64,000 nt of DNA from Minisyncoccota bacterium (GCA_035546575.1 DASZWN010000002.1:32681-96680); one strand, 5' to 3'. Shown: positions 9,319 through 19,032, numbered from the stretch's first letter. A program made the numbers and translations. Notes: generated from the letters alone by a model not told the origin.

Positions 9319-9687
9319 ATGGCAGAGCGAGATCAGGAATTTTTGGAGTTTGTTGTAAAGGGTCTTGTTGAAAATCCGGACGCAGTAAAAATCGGCCGCT
9401 CGGTCGACGAAATGGGTGTTTTGCTCACCCTCGATCTCCACCCAGACGACATGGGTAAGGTGATCGGCCGCTCCGGCAACACCGCTAAGGCGATCCGCAC
9501 GCTTCTGCGCGTAGTTGGCATGAAGCATAATGCTCGTGTAAATCTAAAGATCAACGAGCCTGCAGGTGGTATGCGCAATCAGGACTCTGGCGGCAGTGCG
9601 GCCCAAGGTTGGGACGGCAGCCACGAGACGCCGGCAACTCCAGCGATGAGGTCGGTAGACGAAGCGATGGACGACCTGAGACTCTAG
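9319..9687 (+). CDS. KH-domain RNA-binding protein (YlqC/UPF0109-like), the usual rpsP neighbour
   Basis: KH core VIGRSGNTAKAIRTLLRV; position directly after rpsP as in Firmicutes. Confidence 0.75.
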   Translation: MAERDQEFLEFVVKGLVENPDAVKIGRSVDEMGVLLTLDLHPDDMGKVIGRSGNTAKAIRTLLRVVGMKHNARVNLKINEPAGGMRNQDSGGSAAQGWDGSHETPATPAMRSVDEAMDDLRL

Positions 9688-9704
9688 ATTTAAAAAATAC
9701 TTCC

Positions 9705-9736
9705 AAAAGCCGCTCTCAAGAGCGGCTTTTGCTTTT
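9705..9736 (+). terminator. Intrinsic terminator after the KH gene
   Basis: AAAAGCCGCTC-tcaag-AGCGGCTTTT followed by GCTTTT. Confidence 0.6.
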
Positions 9737-9761
9737 ACAGGATTCGCTATACGATAGTGCT

Positions 9762-10187
9762 ATGAGAAGAATTTTTCCTATGCACGAGTACGAGCAGTAT
9801 TTAGGCGCTTTTTCTGCACATGCTATCGAATATAAAGGAGTGGTATATCCAACAGTGGAGCATGCATATCATTGCCAGCGATATGCTGACCCAAAGATAC
9901 AAGAAGAAATACGAGGCGCATTAAGTGCCTACAAAGCATGGGAGACTTCGCAAAAATATAAATCACAACAGTTTGCAGATTTTGATGCTAAAAAGGCAGA
10001 GATTATGGAGGAATTATGCCGGGCAAAACTTGCTCAGCATGAGGACGTTCAGGAAGCGCTAAAAGTGTCAGGCGACGCGGTAATAGTTAAGGATTACCCT
10101 GACTCTTTTTGGGGTATCGGTATGGATGGGGTAGGAAAGAACCTGATGGGAGTAATTTGGATAAAATTGCGTGCGGAACTCAAATAA
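9762..10187 (+). CDS. NADAR/YbiA-family (DUF1768) protein, an N-glycosidase or ADP-ribosyl hydrolase fold
   Basis: VVYPTVEHAYHCQRYADP...WGIGMDGVGKNLMGVIWIKLR fits the NADAR domain. It starts at ATG 9762, after the terminator, and sits where rimM normally is. Confidence 0.7.
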   Translation: MRRIFPMHEYEQYLGAFSAHAIEYKGVVYPTVEHAYHCQRYADPKIQEEIRGALSAYKAWETSQKYKSQQFADFDAKKAEIMEELCRAKLAQHEDVQEALKVSGDAVIVKDYPDSFWGIGMDGVGKNLMGVIWIKLRAELK

Positions 10188-10202
10188 GATACAAAGAGCC
10201 AC

Positions 10203-10850
10203 ATGAACTTCCACGTGGTAACACTTTTTCCGGAGACTATTGAGGCGTATACAAACGCCTCTATACTTGGCCGTGCACAAAAGGAGAAAAAGTTTTCTGT
10301 TAAAACGTATCAACTGCGCGATTTTGTAACCAACAAATGGGGCAAGGTGGACGAGCGCCCATACGGCGGCGGCCCGGGCATGGTTATCCAGGCCGAGCCG
10401 GTACTGCGTGCAGTAGAGAAAATCCGTAAAGGTAAAAAGATACGCGTGCTCATCACGGCTGCTGGCGGCAAGCCGCTGACCAACGCGTATGCTGCGATGC
10501 TCGCCAAGGAAAACAAAGACGTGATCATTGTCTGCGGCCGATACGAGGGGATTGATGCTCGGGCCAAAAAGATACTCAATGCGCGCGAGATTTCCGTCGG
10601 CCCCTACATTTTGACTGGTGGCGAGGTGCCAGCGCTCGCGATAATCGACGCGACTGCACGCCAGATTAAAGGCGTGTTAGGTAAGTTTGAGAGTCTTGAA
10701 GAATCACGGGTTGCAAGCCACGAGATCTATACCCGCCCTGAGGTGTTAAAGGCAAAAGGGAAGTCTTATCGGGTGCCAAAGGTCCTCCTCTCCGGCCACC
10801 ATGCCAATATCGATGCGATGAGGGCTAAAAAGCGGAGTAAACCCCTATAA
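10203..10850 (+). CDS. trmD: tRNA (guanine37-N1)-methyltransferase
   Basis: VVTLFPE...RPYGGGPGMV...CGRYEGID are TrmD SPOUT motifs. Confidence 0.9.
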   Translation: MNFHVVTLFPETIEAYTNASILGRAQKEKKFSVKTYQLRDFVTNKWGKVDERPYGGGPGMVIQAEPVLRAVEKIRKGKKIRVLITAAGGKPLTNAYAAMLAKENKDVIIVCGRYEGIDARAKKILNAREISVGPYILTGGEVPALAIIDATARQIKGVLGKFESLEESRVASHEIYTRPEVLKAKGKSYRVPKVLLSGHHANIDAMRAKKRSKPL

Positions 10851-10868
10851 ATAAGGGTGGATAAGGGC

Positions 10869-10896
10869 TTGACGGAACTCTCAGAACCCGTATACT
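10869..10896 (+). promoter_or_regulatory. Sigma-70-type promoter upstream of rpoBC
   Basis: TTGACG at 10869-10874, a 16-nt spacer, and TATACT at 10891-10896. Confidence 0.4.
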
Positions 10897-10903
10897 AGAT
10901 AGC

Positions 10904-11080
10904 GAAACCAGGGCAGGGACCAAGAGTGAGTATCGAGTGGCGCGGTTTCGATACAAAGTACATATAAGGGGCGTAAGCATCTTATATGTACCAATTAAAT
11001 AGAGAGGTGATAAAGACCACCTAACAGCTTGAGGAAATCGAGCAAGGGGGCGTTTAACGCACCCGCTCTTTTTGTGTTTT
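10904..11080 (+). ncRNA. Candidate structured leader or small RNA of about 175 nt, ending in an intrinsic terminator or attenuator
   Basis: The predicted transcript has a perfect 11-bp hairpin GUACAUAUAAG...CUUAUAUGUAC, a GGUGauaaagaCCACC hairpin, CGAAACC/GGUUUCG pairing, and a terminator GGGGGCGuuuaaCGCACCC+GCUCUUUUUGUGUUUUG at 11046-11080. It lies 140 nt upstream of the rpoBC ATG. Confidence 0.3.
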
Positions 11081-11218
11081 GTGAGTGTGCATAAGTGCGT
11101 TGATCTTTTTCTCTTTTTAATTGTTCAATTTTCAAATCCTGCGGTTTAAAAATTGAAGTTCATGTGCTCTTAATGGTCCCGCCCGCCTCCATTATTACGT
11201 TCGTAAACAGAAATTAGT

Positions 11219-14200
11219 ATGCGTGAACAAAAGTTTTTCTCTCGATATCGTACGCCGCGCGTCGAGACACCGAACCTAGTAGAAGCACAGCTCGACTCCT
11301 ACAACTGGCTCCTCACCGAGGGAGTTAAGGAGACGTTCAAAGAGTTCACGCCGATCAAAGACTACTCGGGCAAAAAGTTTGACCTCGAGTTTGTAAAGAT
11401 CGAGATGGGGGAGCCCAAGTTTGACGAGCACTACGCAAAAGCGCAGAAGATGACGCTCGACCAGCCGCTGCGCGCTATCGTTAAGCTCAAGAACAAGGCA
11501 AATGGTAGCGAGAAGGAGCAGGAGATCTTCTTGGCCGATATGCCGGTCATGACCGACCACGGCACATTCGTGATCAACGGCGTTGAGCGCGTTATCGTGC
11601 CGCAGCTTGCACGCTCATACGGCGTATTTTTTACCGCAGAAGAGGTTAAGGGCAAGCGCCACTTCGGCGCAAAGGTGATCCCGGCACGCGGTGCGTGGAT
11701 CGAGATCGAGGCGGGCGCCGAGAATGACCTTTCGGTGCGTATTGACCGCAAGCGCAAGTTCCCTGCGACTTCCCTCCTCCGCGTCCTTGGCGCGCAGTAC
11801 GACAGCGACCTTAAGTCGCTCTTTGCCGGCAATGCAAATGAAAAGCGCTGGATTGAGAGTGCGCTCGAGGTAGACCCTGCTAAGACCCAGGAAGATGCAT
11901 ATATAGAGATCCACAAGCGCCTCCGCGACGGCGACTTGGCTACTGCTGCAAACGCCCGCGAATATATCGACTCTATCTTTAACGAGGAGCGCTACGACCT
12001 TTCTCGTGTGGGCCGCTATCGCTTTAACCAGCGCTTCAACAAGTCGCTCGACGAAAAGGAGTTGACCCGCAAGACACTCAGCCTCGACGACATCGTTACG
12101 GTTATCAAACAGGTGATCAACCTCGAGAACGATCCGAATGCTGTCGAGGACAACATCGACCACTTGGGCTCCCGCCGCGTACGCTACGTGGGCGAAATGT
12201 TGCAGTCACGTTTGCGTGTTGGTTTGACCCACATGAAGCGCAATATCCAAGACCGCATGTCGACTATCGATGCCGAGGCAACGATGCCGGTCATGTTTGT
12301 TAATCCGCGCCCGCTCCAGGCCCGCATCAAAGAATTTTTCACCACCAACCAGCTGAGCCAGTTCATGCAGCAGGAGAACGCGCTCACCGAGCTTGAGCAC
12401 CTCCGCACGCTCTCCGCGCTCGGTCCGGGCGGTCTTACACGCGAGCGTGCAGGCTTTGAGGTGCGCGACGTGCACCCATCGCACTACGGCCGCCTCTGCC
12501 CGATCCACACTCCGGAAGGCCCGAACATTGGTCTCATTTTGCGCCTCTCAAACTTTGCACGCCTCAACGAGTTCGGCATGATCGAAACTCCGTACGCAAA
12601 GGTTGTTAACGGCAAAGTCACAAGCGAGATCCACTACCTCAACGCAGCAGAAGAGGAAAAGGAGTCTATCGCACACGCAGGCGTTGTCGTGAACAAAGAT
12701 GGCATAATCGAGGAAGAGTCAGTTGAGGTCCGTCTCAACGGCTCGCCTACTCGCGTACCTAAAAAGGAAGTGAGTTATATCGACGTTGCCCCTGAGCAGC
12801 CATTCTCCGTTGCTACATCAATGATCCCGTTCCTCGAGCACGACGACGCAAACCGCGCGCTCATGGGTTCGAACATGCAGAAGCAGGCTACGCCTTGTAT
12901 CGTGCCTGAAGCACCGCTCGTTGGTACAGGCATCGAGGCTCGCGCAGCAAAGGACACCGGCCGCCTCCATCTTGCAAAAGAAGATGGTGTGGTTACCCAG
13001 GCCGACGGCAAGCGTGTCATTGTTAAAAATGCAAAGGGCAAAGAGATTACCTATCCGCTCGTTAACTTTGTCCGCACCAACGGATTTACCGCGCTCCATC
13101 AGCGCCCGTCAGTAACTGTGGGCGACAAAGTTAAGAAGGGCGATCTGCTTGCAGACACCTCTACATCCGATGCTGGCCAGTTGGCACTCGGTCAGAACTG
13201 CCTCGTAGCGTTTATGACCTGGTCTGGCGCTAACTACGAAGACGCAATCATCATCTCCGAGCGCATGGTTAAAAACAGCAAGTTCTCTTCAATCCACATT
13301 GAGGAGTTTGTCTGCAACGTGCGCGACACCAAACTAGGGCCCGAGGAGACAACCCACGATATCCCGAACGTTTCTGAAAGTAAGCTGCGTAACCTCGACG
13401 AGGACGGTATCGTCCGCATGGGTTCCGAGGTTCGCCCGGGCGACATTCTTGTGGGTAAGATCACGCCAAAAGGCGAGACACAGCTCACTCCTGAGGAGCG
13501 TTTGCTCCGTTCGATCTTTGGCGATAAGGCCCGCGATGTTAAAGACTCGTCACTCCGCATGGAGAACGGCAAGCGCGGCCGCATCATCGGCGTAAAGGTA
13601 TTCTCACGCGAGGCTGGCCATGCACTCGAAAGCGGCATCATCAAGCGCATTCATATTGAGATCGCACAGTTGCGCCCGGTATCGGTTGGCGACAAGCTCG
13701 CAGGCCGCCACGGCAACAAGGGAGTTATTTCGCGAATTCTTCCCGAGGAAGACATGCCGTACATGGCAGATGGTCGCCCGGTTGATGTGATCCTCACTCC
13801 GCTCGGTGTGCCAAGCCGCATGAACCTCGGCCAGATCCTCGAGCTGCACTTGGGTCTTGCGGCAAACACACTCGACTACCAGGCAATCTGTCCGCCCTTC
13901 GCGGGAGCTACGGAAGGAGAGATCCGCGAAGAATTAAAAAAGGCAGGTTTCAATGAGTCTGGAAAGATGGCCCTGTACGACGGCCGCACCGGCGAGAAGT
14001 TTGAGCAGGACATCGCGGTGGGTTATATGTACATCTTGAAACTCCATCACATGGTGGCCGACAAGATCCACATGCGCTCTATCGGTCCGTACTCTCTTAT
14101 TACGCAGCAGCCACTCGGTGGCAAGGCACAGGGCGGCGGTCAGCGTTTTGGAGAAATGGAAGTGTGGGCGCTCCTCGGCTACGGCGCTGCATATACGCTG

Positions 14201-17200
14201 CGCGAGATGCTCACGATTAAGTCGGACGACATCGTTGGTCGCTCCGCTGCCTTCGACGCGATCGTCCGCGGCGAGCGCATCAACCATCACTACGCACCGG
14301 CATCATTTAACGTGTTGCTCCATACGCTGCGCGGCCTCTCGCTCGACGTTGAGCTCATGCACGGCAACTCGGCAGTACGCGGCCTCAAGAAGACTCCGGG
14401 TGCCGAGGTATCCGACTTCGACGCAGTCCGCATCCGCCCAGCTAGCCCTGAGAAAATCCTTGAGTGGTCATACGGCGAGGTTACCAAACCAGAAACAATC
14501 AACTACCGCACTCAGCGCCCGGAGAAAAACTCACTCTTCGACGAGAAGATCTTTGGTCCTGAAAAAGATTACGAATGCTACTGCGGTAAGTACCGGGGCA
14601 TCCGCTACAAGGGTATTATCTGCGAGAAGTGCGGTGTCGAGATCACACGCGCAATTGTCCGCCGCGAGCGCATGGGCCATGTCGACCTGGCAGTGCCGGT
14701 CGCACACGTCTGGTTCTTGCGCGCAATCCCATCGCGTCTCTCCATGGTGCTTGGTATCCCATCAGGCGAGCTTGAGAAGGTAGTCTACTTTGCCGGCTAC
14801 ATTGTTACCCAAATCCATAAAGCAGAAAAAGAGCGCATCGTCAGCGAGCTCGAAGCTGAGTACAAGCAGAAGATGAAGAATCTTGTGGACGAAAAGTCCA
14901 AGGACAAGATGAAAGAGCTCTTCCTCGAGGCTAAGCACGACATCGACGCGATCCATCTTGGCGCAGTGCTCGACGAGCCTAAATATCACCGCTACGCAAT
15001 CAAGTACGGAGCAATGTTCGAGGCAGGCATCGGTGCCGAGGCAATCTACAACCTCTGCAAGGAGCTCAACCTCAAGGAGATGATCGCTCAGACAGAAGAG
15101 GCGCTCACCACCGCAGGTGCGGCAGACCGCGAGAAGTTCGGCAAGCGCCTTTCTGCCTTGCGCGCAATGTCTCGCGCGATGGTGCGCCCTGAGTGGATGT
15201 TCTTAACACGCATTCCGGTTATTCCGCCGGGTCTTCGCCCGATGGTTGCGCTCGACGGCGGCCGCCATGCAACCTCCGATGTCAACGACCTCTATCGCCG
15301 CGTCATCAATCGCAACAACCGCCTCAAGAAGCTCCTCGACATCCACGCTCCAGACGTAATCTTGCGCAACGAGAAGCGCATCTTGCAGGAGGCAGTCGAC
15401 GCGCTTATCGACAACTCGATCCGCCACGGCGGTGCCGCATACTCTGCAGCCGCACAGGCACGCACACGCCCACTCAAGTCGCTCTCCGACAACCTCAAGG
15501 GCAAGCACGGCCTCTTCCGCCAGAACTTGCTCGGTAAGCGCGTAGACTACTCGGGCCGCTCGGTTATCGTCGTTGGTCCGGAGCTTCGCCTCAACCAGTG
15601 CGGTTTGCCTAAGCACATGGCACTCGAGCTCTTCCGCCCGTTTGTTATCGGCAAATTGCTCGAGAAGGAACTCGCATACAACATCCGCGGCGCCGGTCGT
15701 CTTATCGACGAAGGAGTATCCGAAGTGTGGGCAATTCTCGAAGAGATCATCAAAGACAAATACGTGCTGCTTAACCGCGCACCAACCCTCCACCGCCTCG
15801 GTATCCAGGCATTCCAGCCGGTGCTGATCGAAGGCAACGCTATCCAGCTGCACCCACTCGTATGTCCTGCATTTAACGCAGACTTCGACGGCGACCAGAT
15901 GGCAGTACACGTGCCGCTCTCACCTGAGGCTCAGGCAGAGGCGCGCGAGATCATGTCGTCCGCTAAAAATATTCTTAAGCCCGGTAACGGCGAGCCGGTG
16001 GTGGCAACCAAGCTTCTCGACATCTTGCTCGGCTCATACTGGATGACCAAGGTTGTTGAGGGTGCAAAAGGCGAGGGCAAGGCATTCTCTTCTCCTAACG
16101 CCGCAATTCTTGCATACGACTACGGCGACGTAGGCTTCCAGGCAAAGATCAAAGTCTTGCCGTCTGAAAAGGAGAAGTACGCGCAGTTCGGCGGCGAAAT
16201 ATTCGAGACCACGGTCGGCCGCCTCCTCTTTAACACTGTCTTCCCGAGCGACTACGCATTCATCAACACCCCAATCGACAAAAAGGGCATGGCAAAGCTC
16301 GTCGACGATCTTATCGCGCGCTACGGCCTCGAGAAAGTTCCGGAAATCCTCGACCGCATTAAGAACTTCGGCTTCCGCTACGTAACGCAGTCGGGCATCA
16401 CCTGGTCGCTCGATGACATCAAGATCCCGCAGGAGAAGCACGAGATCGTTGCCCGCGCACAAAAGAAGTCCGACGAAGTCGTCGAGCACTGGCAGCAGGG
16501 TCTCTTGTCCGAAGAGGAGCGCTACCGCCTCAACATCGAGGTATGGCATGCCGCTAAGGCCGAGGTTGAAAAGATCATGCCAGGCACGCTCCAGCTCAAC
16601 GGCTCGGTGTCCGACATGCTCAAGTCTGGCGCCCGCGGCTCCGTTGCGCAGGTTACCCAGATGGCCGGCATGAAGGGTCTTATCGCATCGCCTACAGGCG
16701 AGGCAATCGAGTTCCCGATCACCAAGTCGATGAAGGAGGGTCTCACGCCTCTGGAGTACTTCATCACTACGCACGGCTCGCGCAAGGGTCTCTCCGACAC
16801 CGCGCTCAACACAGCGAAGGCAGGCTACCTTACTCGCCGTCTCTTCGACGTCGCACAAGACGTGGTTGTTGGTGAGGAAGATTGCGGCACCAAAGAAGGT
16901 CTCGTTATAACGCGCGAGTCTGCATCGGGCATTGGCACATTCCTCGCACAAAACATTTCCGGCCGTTACTTGGCAGGCGATCTCGAAATCGACGGTAAAG
17001 TAGCATTCAAGAAAGGCCACTTCATCACTCACGCAGATGCAAAACATATAGAAGAGGCAGGTACACCGAGCGTTTACGTACGCTCCCCAGTCGCATGTAA
17101 GTCGGCAGAGGGTATCTGCGCTCGGTGCTACGGCGCAGACCTCGGCACCATGAAGCCGGTTAACCTCGGCGAGGCAGTCGGTACGGTTGCAGCACAGGCA

Positions 17201-18076
17201 ATCGGCGAGCCGGGCACCCAGCTCACCATGCGTACCTTCCACGCCGGCGGTGCAGCGAGCGTGGGCGGCGACATCACCCAAGGTCTCCCTCGCGTTGAGG
17301 AAATCTTTGAGCGCCGCGCGCCTCGCAACCCGGCAGTTATTGCAACTGTGTCGGGCGAGGTAGTCGAGATCAAAGACGACGGCAAAGAAAAGGTGATTGT
17401 GGTTGCTCCTGATATCGAGCACAAGGGTAAGGGCAAGAAGGAGACCATCGAGTACGAGGTCCACTTCCGCCGCGTTGCTGCGGTTAAGGTAGGCGACACC
17501 ATCAAGAAGGGCCAGTTCCTCACCGACGGTTCTGCAGACCTCACCGAGCTCTACAAATATGCCGGCAAAGAGGCGACTCAGGCGTACATTATCTCCGAGA
17601 TCGTTAAGATCTACGAGCTCCAGGGCGCAAACATCTCGGCAAAGCACCTCGAGGTTATCGTGCGCCAGATGTTTAGCCGCGTGAAGATTGTCGAGCCAGG
17701 TTCGAGCGAGTTCTCAAAGGGCGACATCACCAGCGAGCCGGATCTCTTGGCACTTAACAAGAAGATTGCAGAGGAGGGTGGCGAGAAGGTGACAAGCGAG
17801 GGTCTCATCATGGGTATTCTCGACGTATCGCTCTCGCGCCAGAGCTTCCTCTCGGCAGCATCGTTCCAGAACACGACTCGCATGCTCATTCGTGCCTCGC
17901 TCTACGGCAGCGTAGATCATCTCGAGGGTCTCAAGGAGAACGTCATCATCGGTCGCCTTATCCCAGCAGGTACCGGCTTTAAGGGCAGTCCTAAGGCAGA
18001 TCTTGTTGCCAAGTACGGCCCGCAAACTGCAGACGTTGTCCCGGTAGGGAAAGAGGAGAAGGAGTCGGTAGCGTAA
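11219..18076 (+). CDS. rpoBC: DNA-directed RNA polymerase beta-beta' fusion (RpoB-RpoC in one 2285-aa frame)
   Basis: The N-terminus is RpoB-like (MREQKFFSRYRTP...; GEMEVWALLGYGAAYTLREM near the RpoB C-terminus). A short linker, HGNSAVRGLKKTPGAEVS (nt ~14350-14420), leads into the RpoC N-terminus (DFDAVRIRPASPEKILEWSYGEVTKPETINYRT...CGKYRG...CEKCGVEITR; NADFDGDQMAVHVPLS catalytic loop). Confidence 0.9.
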   Translation: MREQKFFSRYRTPRVETPNLVEAQLDSYNWLLTEGVKETFKEFTPIKDYSGKKFDLEFVKIEMGEPKFDEHYAKAQKMTLDQPLRAIVKLKNKANGSEKEQEIFLADMPVMTDHGTFVINGVERVIVPQLARSYGVFFTAEEVKGKRHFGAKVIPARGAWIEIEAGAENDLSVRIDRKRKFPATSLLRVLGAQYDSDLKSLFAGNANEKRWIESALEVDPAKTQEDAYIEIHKRLRDGDLATAANAREYIDSIFNEERYDLSRVGRYRFNQRFNKSLDEKELTRKTLSLDDIVTVIKQVINLENDPNAVEDNIDHLGSRRVRYVGEMLQSRLRVGLTHMKRNIQDRMSTIDAEATMPVMFVNPRPLQARIKEFFTTNQLSQFMQQENALTELEHLRTLSALGPGGLTRERAGFEVRDVHPSHYGRLCPIHTPEGPNIGLILRLSNFARLNEFGMIETPYAKVVNGKVTSEIHYLNAAEEEKESIAHAGVVVNKDGIIEEESVEVRLNGSPTRVPKKEVSYIDVAPEQPFSVATSMIPFLEHDDANRALMGSNMQKQATPCIVPEAPLVGTGIEARAAKDTGRLHLAKEDGVVTQADGKRVIVKNAKGKEITYPLVNFVRTNGFTALHQRPSVTVGDKVKKGDLLADTSTSDAGQLALGQNCLVAFMTWSGANYEDAIIISERMVKNSKFSSIHIEEFVCNVRDTKLGPEETTHDIPNVSESKLRNLDEDGIVRMGSEVRPGDILVGKITPKGETQLTPEERLLRSIFGDKARDVKDSSLRMENGKRGRIIGVKVFSREAGHALESGIIKRIHIEIAQLRPVSVGDKLAGRHGNKGVISRILPEEDMPYMADGRPVDVILTPLGVPSRMNLGQILELHLGLAANTLDYQAICPPFAGATEGEIREELKKAGFNESGKMALYDGRTGEKFEQDIAVGYMYILKLHHMVADKIHMRSIGPYSLITQQPLGGKAQGGGQRFGEMEVWALLGYGAAYTLREMLTIKSDDIVGRSAAFDAIVRGERINHHYAPASFNVLLHTLRGLSLDVELMHGNSAVRGLKKTPGAEVSDFDAVRIRPASPEKILEWSYGEVTKPETINYRTQRPEKNSLFDEKIFGPEKDYECYCGKYRGIRYKGIICEKCGVEITRAIVRRERMGHVDLAVPVAHVWFLRAIPSRLSMVLGIPSGELEKVVYFAGYIVTQIHKAEKERIVSELEAEYKQKMKNLVDEKSKDKMKELFLEAKHDIDAIHLGAVLDEPKYHRYAIKYGAMFEAGIGAEAIYNLCKELNLKEMIAQTEEALTTAGAADREKFGKRLSALRAMSRAMVRPEWMFLTRIPVIPPGLRPMVALDGGRHATSDVNDLYRRVINRNNRLKKLLDIHAPDVILRNEKRILQEAVDALIDNSIRHGGAAYSAAAQARTRPLKSLSDNLKGKHGLFRQNLLGKRVDYSGRSVIVVGPELRLNQCGLPKHMALELFRPFVIGKLLEKELAYNIRGAGRLIDEGVSEVWAILEEIIKDKYVLLNRAPTLHRLGIQAFQPVLIEGNAIQLHPLVCPAFNADFDGDQMAVHVPLSPEAQAEAREIMSSAKNILKPGNGEPVVATKLLDILLGSYWMTKVVEGAKGEGKAFSSPNAAILAYDYGDVGFQAKIKVLPSEKEKYAQFGGEIFETTVGRLLFNTVFPSDYAFINTPIDKKGMAKLVDDLIARYGLEKVPEILDRIKNFGFRYVTQSGITWSLDDIKIPQEKHEIVARAQKKSDEVVEHWQQGLLSEEERYRLNIEVWHAAKAEVEKIMPGTLQLNGSVSDMLKSGARGSVAQVTQMAGMKGLIASPTGEAIEFPITKSMKEGLTPLEYFITTHGSRKGLSDTALNTAKAGYLTRRLFDVAQDVVVGEEDCGTKEGLVITRESASGIGTFLAQNISGRYLAGDLEIDGKVAFKKGHFITHADAKHIEEAGTPSVYVRSPVACKSAEGICARCYGADLGTMKPVNLGEAVGTVAAQAIGEPGTQLTMRTFHAGGAASVGGDITQGLPRVEEIFERRAPRNPAVIATVSGEVVEIKDDGKEKVIVVAPDIEHKGKGKKETIEYEVHFRRVAAVKVGDTIKKGQFLTDGSADLTELYKYAGKEATQAYIISEIVKIYELQGANISAKHLEVIVRQMFSRVKIVEPGSSEFSKGDITSEPDLLALNKKIAEEGGEKVTSEGLIMGILDVSLSRQSFLSAASFQNTTRMLIRASLYGSVDHLEGLKENVIIGRLIPAGTGFKGSPKADLVAKYGPQTADVVPVGKEEKESVA

Positions 18077-18097
18077 TAAATAAAATTTAGAAAAGTT

Positions 18098-18129
18098 AAA
18101 CGGCGCGGAGATTTCTCTCCGCGCCGTTT
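18098..18129. terminator. Intrinsic terminator after rpoBC
   Basis: AAACGGCGCGGAGA-tttc-TCTCCGCGCCGTTT, a perfect 14-bp stem. Confidence 0.65.
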
Positions 18130-18140
18130 GGCGTTCATAT

Positions 18141-18383
18141 TTACAGTACGAGATCTTCCGGTTGCAGAAAATCAAGTCCCATATCCTGCAGGGTCTCGTC
18201 AACGGCTTCCTTCCCGAACTGGATCCTCATCAGTTTGATAGTAGTATGCCAGGCGATCATACGGGTGTAGGAAAGACCGTTACCCGTTTCCACCAGCTTG
18301 TCCGGGATCTTGGTGATGCTCCCACGAATCATCGAATCCAAGCATTGGTATGCCTTGGGGTGGCGTGCAACTGTCTGGATCAA
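18141..18383 (-). CDS. Hypothetical 80-aa protein
   Basis: TTG start with AGGAGA 5 nt upstream. The operator-like palindrome at 18480-18509 lies in its upstream region. No recognisable domain. Confidence 0.4.
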   Translation of the reverse strand: MIQTVARHPKAYQCLDSMIRGSITKIPDKLVETGNGLSYTRMIAWHTTIKLMRIQFGKEAVDETLQDMGLDFLQPEDLVL

Positions 18384-18479
18384 GACGATCTCCTAAGAAA
18401 GAGGAACAAAATCGTTATCATCAAACTCCTAATTGCGGATTTTGTCAAGTAAAGTGCAAAGGCTACATACCACAAAACA

Positions 18480-18509
18480 CTCAATTTTGCGCATATGCGA
18501 GAAATTGAG
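18480..18509. promoter_or_regulatory. 30-bp near-palindromic operator-like site 1
   Basis: CTCAATTTTGCGCATATGCGAGAAATTGAG, with core TGCGCATATGCGA. It is the reverse-complement partner of the site at 19033-19063. Confidence 0.45.
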
Positions 18510-18527
18510 GAGATAGTGAGATGTGGG

Positions 18528-18971
18528 TTAGTAGGTGAGGTTAAAGTATGAACGCAGCTTCTTCTCTCCGCTTATGTGTTCGGCGGTTATAAAAGAAACA
18601 CAGCCTGATAAGTGATAAAAGGTAGCGATCGCGCGAACGGTTTCTTCCAGTGGATATGGGTAGACCCACACCGAGTTCTGGTATAATACCAATCCTAACT
18701 CTTTGATTCTTAGACGGAATGCGTCGCGTCGTTTACGTTTGTCTTTCGGGATATCAAACAACACGATCCGCCATTTTTTATCCCATGATGGAGGAGTGGG
18801 TATGGTAAGAGACCAGACATTCTCTTCGTTGAGAATATGGCGACCTTTTGTTGTCAGACGGTACGTGCCTTTTCCTCCTTTAATGTACCCGCGGTACTTC
18901 ATGTTCTCCAACCTTTTAGCTTGAGTTTTGACGTCAAGGTTTTTCCCGTCAGAAATAGCTTGTAGGAGCAT
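18528..18971 (-). CDS. PaaX-family transcriptional regulator (wHTH plus PaaX-like domain)
   Basis: RLENMKYRGYIKGGKGTYRLTTKGRHIL (wHTH) and WDKKWRIVLFDIPKDKRKRRDAFRLRIKELGLVLYQNSVWVYP (PaaX signature W..W.lv.ydiP...Rd.lr..L..G.....SVW). The long ORF 18528..19133 reads through the upstream operator; the start at internal ATG 18971 is preferred. Confidence 0.6.
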   Translation of the reverse strand: MLLQAISDGKNLDVKTQAKRLENMKYRGYIKGGKGTYRLTTKGRHILNEENVWSLTIPTPPSWDKKWRIVLFDIPKDKRKRRDAFRLRIKELGLVLYQNSVWVYPYPLEETVRAIATFYHLSGCVSFITAEHISGEKKLRSYFNLTY

Positions 18972-19032
18972 GAGTAAAAGGCTTGTAGTCCCACGGCCCG
19001 CTGCGCTTTTAGAAGACACATGAGGAAGTATA

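Noticed and set aside
11276-17647. Many long antisense or overlapping ORFs inside rpoBC (e.g. 16034..17647 minus, 537 aa; 15203..15910 minus; 14118..14783 plus).
   Set aside because: They lie opposite or out of frame to a strongly supported conserved gene in GC-rich DNA. Their products are low-complexity with R/A/S/C-rich composition typical of spurious frames.
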